From: an uncultured bacterium
GTDB taxonomy: Bacteria; Cyanobacteriota; Cyanobacteriia; Cyanobacteriales; Aerosakkonemataceae
Direction: 5' to 3'
DNA length: 23,392 nt
Assembly (NCBI GenBank): GCA_964546365.1
Contig: CAZJJR010000074.1
Coordinates: 1 to 23,392, forward strand
Below are positions 8,730 to 16,085 of this stretch, in pieces. Each line of letters starts with the position of its first letter. Position 1 is the first letter of the stretch. A program made the position numbers and the translations under genes. A model generated the notes under the pieces. The model was not told the origin of the DNA and did not search any database. It was given only the letters and a program-made list of their open reading frames with translations.

Positions 8730-11084
8730 GTGGCGTACAGACCTGAAGGTGCAAAGCTATTCGGAGCTGCAATCAAGTATTTACTAGATAAAAAAGGGCT
8801 GAGTCAGCGGAAGTTTGCAGAGCAAGCAGGCTTGGAGACTGGCTACGTTAGCAAGCTGGTTAATGGTGAGATTTCAGAACCAAGGCAGGAAAATCGCAGT
8901 AAAATTGCACAAGGCTTGGGGGTAACAGAGCAGCAGCTACAAGAGTTAGTCGTTCAGTACATTGAAGGGAAGAGAGAGACTGACGGGGGTAGTCCTAATT
9001 CTGGTGAGATCGCTTCCACTACCATCACCCCTAATACCCCATCCACCAACTCGAATTTTGTAGGCAGGGAAAAGGCGATCGCAGATCTCAACAACCTGAT
9101 TCAACAAGGTGCAAAAGCCATTGTCATCCAAGCAGCAGGCGGTGTTGGTAAAACTACCTTGGCATGGGAATATCTCAAAACTCAAGGGTTTGACTTGGTT
9201 CTCGACCTCCCAATGGCAAAGGTGAAAGAGAACATTTCTGCTGTTGAGGGTGTGATTGAAGGATCTGCTGTCGAGGATGTAATTGAAGGATGGCTGAAGT
9301 ATGACTTTCAAGAGGAATCAGGGCGAGAGTTTAGGGAAATGCTGAGGCGACTAAAGCGGCAACTCCAAACTCGTAAAGTTGGGGTATTGATTGATAACTT
9401 AGAACCAGCGCTGGATAAACAATGCAGGTTTATTGAACCCCATCGTTGCTATTATGTGGAACTGTTGCGAGTTTTGGCTGATCCAACGGTACAGTCTGTC
9501 ACGCTGATTACCAGCCGCGATCGCCTCTGTGACGATGATGTAAATGTAGAGCATTATCCGTTATCCGGATTAGATGAGCAAGCATGGCAACAATTTTTTA
9601 GCAGTCGCAATATCAATATACATACTCCCACTCTTAAGGCGATGCACAACGCTTATGGAGGCAATGCCAAAGCAATGGATATTTTCTGCGGTGCAATCCG
9701 ACAAGAGTTTGATGGAGATATGGCGGCTTATTGGCGGGAAAATAGCGCGGATCTGTTGGTGAAACCAGATTTAAAAAATTTAGTGACCAATCAGTTCAAT
9801 CGTCTGCAAGAAATTGATTTTCAAGCCTATCAACTCCTCTGTCGTTTGGGATGCTATCGCTATCAGGATGTGCCGACTGTTTCTACTCAAGGACTGTTGT
9901 GTTTGCTGTGGGATGTCGAAGAAGCGCGGCCTAGAAGAATTATTGAATCGTTGCGAAATCGCTCTTTAGTAGAGTTTAAAAAGGGAGAATACTGGCTGCA
10001 TCCAATGATTCGGGAAGAAGCGATCGGACGGTTGAGAGCAAGTGATGATTGGGAGAATACGAACCGCAAATCCGCCGAGTTTTGGGCAGCAAGTATCGAA
10101 ATAATTGAAACTGTAAAAGATGCTCTGACAGCTTTAGAGGCTTATTATCACTATGTAGAGATTGATGATTTTGAGTTTGCTGGTAGTGTTATTGTTAAAG
10201 ATAGAAGTAACAAATGGGAAAAAGATGAATGTCTTGGTATAGCATCTTATAGACTGGGTTTATTACAAAAAATGATTTTCGCAATAAATCGAATAGTAAA
10301 CAAGCTTAATTCTAGCTACAACCTGGGAAGACTTTATAATATTTTGGGAGATCTTTACTGGCTAACAGGCTCTTTTACGAAGAGTATTGAATCTCACCAA
10401 AAATCAGAAGAGTTCGCAGTTATCTTCAAACAAAAAAGTCTTGAAGTCGTTGCTTCTTTTAATATAGGTCTTTGCAAAATAGATTTATTAGAAGTTAACC
10501 AAGCGGTAGAGTTGTTTGAAAAAGTTATCTCACTTGCTGAAAATACAGAATGCCATAGATATGCGATACAGTCCTGGTATTGCCTAGCATTTTTAAAGTC
10601 ATGCTTAGGTTTGAGGCAGGAAGCACTTTACTTTGCAAATAAGAGTTACAATGAACTCCCAACAGTAAAGTGGAGTGCATGGGCTAAAGGATATAGTTTC
10701 TTGTTTTTAGGTCAGACCTACAATAATTTAAGAGAAGCTGAAAAGTCTATTGAAATGTACAATAAAGCTATTCAATTTGCTGAAGAAAGTCACTACACTC
10801 AGGTAAGAGCAAAAGCTCTTACTGGCATAGCAGAGCTATGCCGAAAACAGGGGGATTTAGAAACCGCAATACCAAATCATTTAAAATCAATAGAACTTCT
10901 AGATAAAATCGGCGCTAAATGCGACCTTGCAGAAGCTTACTACCAACTAGGATTAACTTATCAAAAGATAGGTGATACTGAAAAAAGTCAGGATAATTTT
11001 GATAAAGCAATTCAACTATTCAGTGAAATGGAAGCACCCAAGCAAGTTAAGAAAGTGCGACGGGCGATGGAAAATGGGGGATAA
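8730..11084 (+). CDS. STAND-class signalling NTPase: N-terminal XRE-type HTH, NB-ARC (AP-ATPase) domain, C-terminal TPR repeats. GTG start.
   Basis: It is 784 aa. HTH: LSQRKFAEQAGLETGYVSKLVNGE. Low-complexity S/T/N/P linker. Walker A: VIQAAGGVGKTTLAWEY. Walker B: KVGVLIDNLE. RNBS-B-like: VTLITSRDR. C-terminal TPR-like helical repeats, e.g. LAEAYYQLGLTYQKIGDTEKSQDNFDKAIQLFSE. An in-frame TGA lies upstream of the GTG, so the start is at GTG 8730 or at a downstream ATG. Confidence 0.85.
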   Translation: MAYRPEGAKLFGAAIKYLLDKKGLSQRKFAEQAGLETGYVSKLVNGEISEPRQENRSKIAQGLGVTEQQLQELVVQYIEGKRETDGGSPNSGEIASTTITPNTPSTNSNFVGREKAIADLNNLIQQGAKAIVIQAAGGVGKTTLAWEYLKTQGFDLVLDLPMAKVKENISAVEGVIEGSAVEDVIEGWLKYDFQEESGREFREMLRRLKRQLQTRKVGVLIDNLEPALDKQCRFIEPHRCYYVELLRVLADPTVQSVTLITSRDRLCDDDVNVEHYPLSGLDEQAWQQFFSSRNINIHTPTLKAMHNAYGGNAKAMDIFCGAIRQEFDGDMAAYWRENSADLLVKPDLKNLVTNQFNRLQEIDFQAYQLLCRLGCYRYQDVPTVSTQGLLCLLWDVEEARPRRIIESLRNRSLVEFKKGEYWLHPMIREEAIGRLRASDDWENTNRKSAEFWAASIEIIETVKDALTALEAYYHYVEIDDFEFAGSVIVKDRSNKWEKDECLGIASYRLGLLQKMIFAINRIVNKLNSSYNLGRLYNILGDLYWLTGSFTKSIESHQKSEEFAVIFKQKSLEVVASFNIGLCKIDLLEVNQAVELFEKVISLAENTECHRYAIQSWYCLAFLKSCLGLRQEALYFANKSYNELPTVKWSAWAKGYSFLFLGQTYNNLREAEKSIEMYNKAIQFAEESHYTQVRAKALTGIAELCRKQGDLETAIPNHLKSIELLDKIGAKCDLAEAYYQLGLTYQKIGDTEKSQDNFDKAIQLFSEMEAPKQVKKVRRAMENGG

Positions 11085-11532
11085 TAAAGATAGAGTTTGC
11101 TTGTAAATCTGGTTGCTTTTTCTGGAGAGTCAGTGGATATCGGTTATTACTAAACAGCAGCAAAAATTATTTAGTTTAGGCGAAGTAGTTAGTACTCAGA
11201 TTATGCTACCAGGTTTTAGCGTGGTAGTTGATGAGTTGTTGGTTTAAGCTATTACTAATATTCAAATTATTAAAAACTATCATTGCCTAGAGAGATTGTA
11301 CTGTCTTTTAAAGTGTGAATGCCTAGAGTACGCCAACACAACTTAATTCTAGGGTTTGTGTAACAAAATTAAAACGAAATTGTAGATTCATTACAAATTA
11401 GAAGTTGCTGGGAAATCGCGGTTAGGATCGAGCAACATTTTTAGGAATATGGTGAATTTAAAAAAGTGAAGCGCGAACAAAAAACTTTCTTAATCACCTA
11501 CCTAAAAAACTGTGGTAATCAAATATTAGAAG

Positions 11533-14214
11533 ATGGATATGAATACAACCGATCGCAAATTGGAAAATCAAACTGAAATCTCCGGAAGTTCTAGTGGAGT
11601 AATTCGTCTCAAACCTCAACAATTCATTCACGTTTTAGATAACAATACTGGCGTTACTAGACTGGAAGTTGGCCCTCAAACGATTACTTTACGCGATCAC
11701 GAACGGTTAATATTGAAACCGGAACCGATGATTGTCGTACCGCCTCGATACTATTGCATCATTGAAAATCCCGTGCTTCGCGATGAAGATGGTAATCCGA
11801 TTGTTGACGAACACGGACAAATCAAACTTCGTTACGGCGATGCAGAAATTCGCTTTGCACAAGAACCTTTTCCCCTTTATCCCGGTGAAGAACTGGCAGG
11901 GGAAATCACGCAACTGCAAGTTGTGGAAAGAAATCAAGCACTACGTCTGAGAGCAATTCGCGATTTTGCCGATGCAATTACAGTTACGGTAGATGGAGAA
12001 AGCGAAACTCAAACTATCAACCGTTTAGCTGGAGATGAATGGTTATTTGAAGGGCCAGGAACTTATATTCCTCGCATTCAAGTGGAAGTTTTAGAGATAA
12101 TTCCTGCCAGAGTAATTAAACCAAATCAAGCTTTAAGATTAGTGGCAAGGCAGAATTGCATCGACCGTCAAGGTAATAGAAGAAGATCGGGTGAAGAATG
12201 GTTGGTGAGGGAAGAAGGTGCTTATTTACCAGGAGTTGATGAAGAGGTTGTTGGCATAATTAATGCTTACGTTTTAACTGAAAAGAAAGCATTGCATCTA
12301 AGAGCAAAACGCACTTTTAACGATGTTTTCGGTCGGCAACGTAAAGCAGGTGATGAATGGTTAGTTACCTTTGAAGATGCAGAAATCCACATTCCCGATG
12401 TTTATGAAGAGGTGGTGGGAGAAGTAAAAATTACCACTTTGGGCGACCGAGAATGGTGCATTGTTCTCAACCCAATTGATGAAGATGGTAAACCGCAATT
12501 GGGAATGCAAGAGGTGAGACAGGGGAGAATTTCGTTTTTTTTGCATCCAGGTGAATCGCTGGAAAACGGCATTCAAAAAGTTTATGTTTTGGGAGAACAG
12601 GAAGCACTTTTGCTGAAAGCTAAAGAAGCTTTTAGTGAGGGTGAAGGTGATAATTTAATCGAACGACAACCAGGGGATATGTGGATGATTGCAGGGCCAA
12701 GAGATTATATCCCGCCTGTAGAAGTAGAAGTAATCGAGAAACGTCAAGCAATTCCTCTTGATAAGAATGAAGGAATTTATATTAGGGATATTCAGACGGG
12801 CGAACTGAAGGTTGTCAGTGGGCCTCAAGCTTATATGCTCAGTCCTTATGAAGAACTTTGGGAAAAAGAACTGCCGCCAGTTGTGGAAGAACTTTTAGCG
12901 CTAAAAAATGACCCGGTTTCCGAACGGGGTCGGCATCATTTTACCAAAGGAGAGCGCCAAAATCAAACATTAGAAATTTCCGCAAATTATCAGGCAACAA
13001 GCGAACGAGATAAGACTAGAGCAGTAGTTTTTCACGTTCCGCAAAATGCCGCCGTGCAAATACATGATTATAAGGAAAGAACGGCGCGAACTGTATTTGG
13101 GCCAGACTTAGTAATGCTGGGGCCAGATGAAGCTTTTACGGTGTTGAGTTTATCCGGTAGCGTACCGAAAAGACCTCATGTAATCAAGTCTTTAGCTTTA
13201 TTATTAGGGCCAGATTTCATGACCGATTTGTTTACTGTCGAAACATCAGATCATGCCCGACTTCAGTTGCGTTTGTCTTATAATTGGTATTTTGATGTTA
13301 GTAGACATGACGAACAAGCGGCGGCAAAACTTTTTCAAGTACCTGATTTTGTAGATACTGCTTGTAAGGCGATCGCATCTCGCGTGCGGGGTGCGGTAGC
13401 CAGCGTAAAATTTGACGAATTTCACCGCAATTCGGCGCGGATTATTCGCACTGCTGTCTTCGGTACGGATGCTGAAGGTCGCGTGGGTGAAGAATTCCGT
13501 TTTAGAACCAATAATTTGGTGATTTTCAATGTTGATATTCAATCAGTAGAACCAGTAGATGAGGAAACTTTAAAAAGTTTGCAAAAGTCAGTACAAATTG
13601 CCATTCAAATTACTACCGATGCTCAAGAAGCTGCTGCCAGACATGATGCTGAACGAATCGAACAAGAAGCAAAATCACGATTAGAAAGGCAGGCAATCGT
13701 CGATAAAGGTGCGGCAGAAGGAGAACGGAGAAATTTGCTGGAGTTGCAAGCAGAAAACTCTGCGATCGAAACTACGGGTAAAGCCACCGCAGAAGCCAGA
13801 GCAAAAGCAGAAGCCGCCAGAATTGAAGGGCAATTAGCTGTTAATTTAGCTCAACAAGAAGCTGAAGCGGCGAGAATTCGTTACGAAGCTGAATTGGCTC
13901 AATTAAGATCTAAACAGGAAGCTGAATTAGCTCATCAACAAGCACTAATTGCTTTGGAAATTGAAAAAGCACAGCGCATGGCGGAAATTACCAGTACAGA
14001 ATTCAGGCAAAAAGTGGAAGCGATCGGCCCAGAAACCTTGCAAGCAATGGCGCAAGCTGGCCCGGAAATGCAGGCGAGACTTTTGCAATCTCTTGGTCTA
14101 CAAAGCGTATTAATTACTGATGGTAGAAGTCCGATCAATCTATTTAGTACTGCTCAGGGTTTGATAAGTCCAATTGCTGCTGACAGTGCTCAGTTACCAA
14201 AAGGCGATCGCTAA
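11533..14214 (+). CDS. mvp: Major vault protein (MVP) homolog, full length. It has MVP repeat domains, an SPFH-like shoulder, a cap-helix coiled coil and a cap-ring.
   Basis: It is 893 aa and collinear with human MVP from memory. [17 protein letters not shown] corresponds to [33 protein letters not shown] is identical. NQALRLRA and [12 protein letters not shown] correspond to [10 protein letters not shown] and [28 protein letters not shown] corresponds to [56 protein letters not shown] corresponds to [63 protein letters not shown] and PINLF are conserved. HIP1 GCGATCGC lies inside the gene at ~13369 and ~14203. There are no introns. Confidence 0.9.
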   Translation: [893 protein letters not shown]

Positions 14215-14245
14215 CTAATATAGGTTCCATTTATAAGCTAATTAT

Positions 14246-14285
14246 AAATAGTTGTAGAAATGATTTCCGGTTTCTACAACTATTT
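14246..14285 (+). terminator. Rho-independent terminator candidate downstream of mvp: AAATAGTTGTAGAAA, a 10-nt loop, TTTCTACAACTATTT, then a T-rich tail.
   Basis: Perfect 15-bp inverted repeat, 32 bp after the mvp stop. It is followed by AATTTATTGCTTTAT. Confidence 0.6.
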
Positions 14286-14338
14286 AATTTATTGCTTTAT
14301 AAGCAAACTGAGACGTTATAATAATCGTACCTAAATAG

Positions 14339-14668
14339 ATGAAAAAAGCAATGACTCATACCAAACCAAATCGCCCCCGTCGTCGAGGCAGGTTATTTCC
14401 TGAATACACGATTCCACCAGAAGAGTTAGCTAGACGCCAAGCTGAGAAAGAAGCGCGTTCTCAACGTTATCGCGAAGTTTTTGGACAAATTAGCCCTGAA
14501 TTAATAGAAAACCATTACAATTGGTTTATTGCGATCGAGCCAAAAAGCGGTGATTATTTTATCGATCCTGATGAGGAAGTAGCTGTTCAAAAAGCACGGC
14601 AAAAGTACCCTCATGGTATGATTGGCATCATGCGTTTAAATGAGACAGGAGCCTGTGGAATGATATGA
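14339..14668 (+). CDS. Hypothetical 109-aa protein with a strongly basic N-terminus. It is translationally coupled to the downstream aspartic protease.
   Basis: Track ORF: MKKAMTHTKPNRPRRRGRLFPEYTIPPEELARRQAEKEARSQRYREVF... The stop TGA overlaps the next start (ATGA at 14665-14668). Confidence 0.5.
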   Translation: MKKAMTHTKPNRPRRRGRLFPEYTIPPEELARRQAEKEARSQRYREVFGQISPELIENHYNWFIAIEPKSGDYFIDPDEEVAVQKARQKYPHGMIGIMRLNETGACGMI

Positions 14669-15033
14669 TTTCAGGCAGCTTCGGTGAAATTGGAGAGTTA
14701 TTTTTTGAAATAGATTTAATTGCTGCCGATGGAGAAAGATTCGCGATCGAAGTGCTACTAGATACGGGGTTTACAACAGGTTGGTTAGCACTTGACACTC
14801 AAGATGCTCAAAGTTTAGGGTGGTCTAAAATTGAAAGTGAACGAGAGATGCAAACAGCAAGAAGTAAAGAGTTTTTTGATATTTATGAAGGAAGAGTTGT
14901 CATTGATGAACAGGAGTATATTATTCCGGTTTTAGCTGGTGCGGGAATTCCGGAATCTTTATTAGGTTTGCAATGGTTGAAAATGATGCCGCTCATGGTA
15001 AATTATGCAGCAGGCGTGTTGACTTTGGGGTGA
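14665..15033 (+). CDS. Retropepsin-like (clan AA) aspartic protease, single domain, 122 aa.
   Basis: Catalytic triad LLDTGFT (D-T-G). The length and hydrophobic pattern are typical of homodimeric retroviral-type pepsins, including a C-terminal IIPVLAGAGIPESLLGLQWL flap/dimer region. Confidence 0.6.
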   Translation: MISGSFGEIGELFFEIDLIAADGERFAIEVLLDTGFTTGWLALDTQDAQSLGWSKIESEREMQTARSKEFFDIYEGRVVIDEQEYIIPVLAGAGIPESLLGLQWLKMMPLMVNYAAGVLTLG

Positions 15034-15166
15034 ATTGGGAAATGCGGTATGCCTACGGCACGCTACGCAATCGCACAAGACAATAGATTGCACATCCACG
15101 TGTTAATATGAAATTTGAGATATTGTAATTATTATAAAATAGCTACGTACTTATTACTAAATACTT

Positions 15167-15772
15167 ATGCCGCAATCTAAACCATATCAACCGCTACTTC
15201 TAAGACTGCTGCACGGAATCAATGTTTTACTCGTTATCGGTGCAGTTATCACGGGATTCTTAGTTTATGATAGCTGGGATGGTCGTTTTGGTAAGCTAGG
15301 AATCACTCTACAAAACCGAGATTTAATTGATATTCACGGCACTTTTGGGTTTTTCTTTTTTCCTATAATGATACTATTGACTATTTATAGTATCCGCGTA
15401 GGTTACAAACGCTTAGTACAAGCAGATTCGTTGAATAATTTAACAAAAATAGGAAAACCAATTTGGTGGTATAGCTTACAACGTTTCACTAATACGCTGA
15501 TGTTAATTGCAGCGCTAGTTGCATTAGTTTCCGGTAAGTTTCAAAACGAAAACTGGCTGCCTCAAGGTGAAATGAATCATGTTTGGTATTACATTCACTT
15601 GATAGGTTGGTGTTTGGTTGTGGCGGCTATAGCTATTCACGTTTTAATGAGTGCGAAAGTGGGTGGTGTACCGCTGATTCTTTCTATGTTCGATCGCAAA
15701 ATTCGTCCTGAAGACGATCCTAAATTATGGCCGGAAAAAGTGAAAGCTTGGTTGCAACATCCTCATTTCTAA
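15167..15772 (+). CDS. Cytochrome b561 / Ni-hydrogenase b-type cytochrome-like 4-TM membrane protein.
   Basis: It is 201 aa with four predicted TM helices. Conserved His lie in TM1 (LLHGINVLL), TM2 (DIHGTFGFFFF) and TM4 (HVWYYIHLIGW..IAIHVL), in the pattern of dihaem cytochrome b PF01292-type proteins. Confidence 0.45.
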   Translation: MPQSKPYQPLLLRLLHGINVLLVIGAVITGFLVYDSWDGRFGKLGITLQNRDLIDIHGTFGFFFFPIMILLTIYSIRVGYKRLVQADSLNNLTKIGKPIWWYSLQRFTNTLMLIAALVALVSGKFQNENWLPQGEMNHVWYYIHLIGWCLVVAAIAIHVLMSAKVGGVPLILSMFDRKIRPEDDPKLWPEKVKAWLQHPHF

Positions 15773-16085
15773 AAGGATTACCGCATTTTGACTACCCATC
15801 TTTATCGTATAATTTGAGATTGTGTAGGGGCGGGTTTAGAAGATAATCTTTGATTTCAACAAACAATTTCGTAACAAAACCCGCCTATATGATGCAATAC
15901 TAGCTTTTTCAGCTTTATGGTAAAAAATGTTCTTTATCCTACATATGAAGAAAATGGTGGGTTACAGCACGGTTCGTTAATTATTGGTTGAAAGCCATAA
16001 ATTTATTACCCGCGCCTAACCCACCCTACTATTAAATCAATTTTCACGATCACCAAATTTACGGGAGAGGGACACCGATGTAATT

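Noticed and set aside
11533-14214. Possibility that mvp is eukaryotic contamination or a chimeric contig.
   Set aside because: The gene contains cyanobacterial HIP1 octamers, has no introns, and ends with a bacterial-style intrinsic terminator. It is flanked on the same contig by bacterial-type genes. It still deserves read-level verification.
15830-15890. A 9-bp inverted repeat (GGCGGGTTT ... AAACCCGCC) with a ~45-nt loop after the cytochrome b gene.
   Set aside because: The loop is too long and no U-tract follows. It is not convincing as a terminator or structured RNA.
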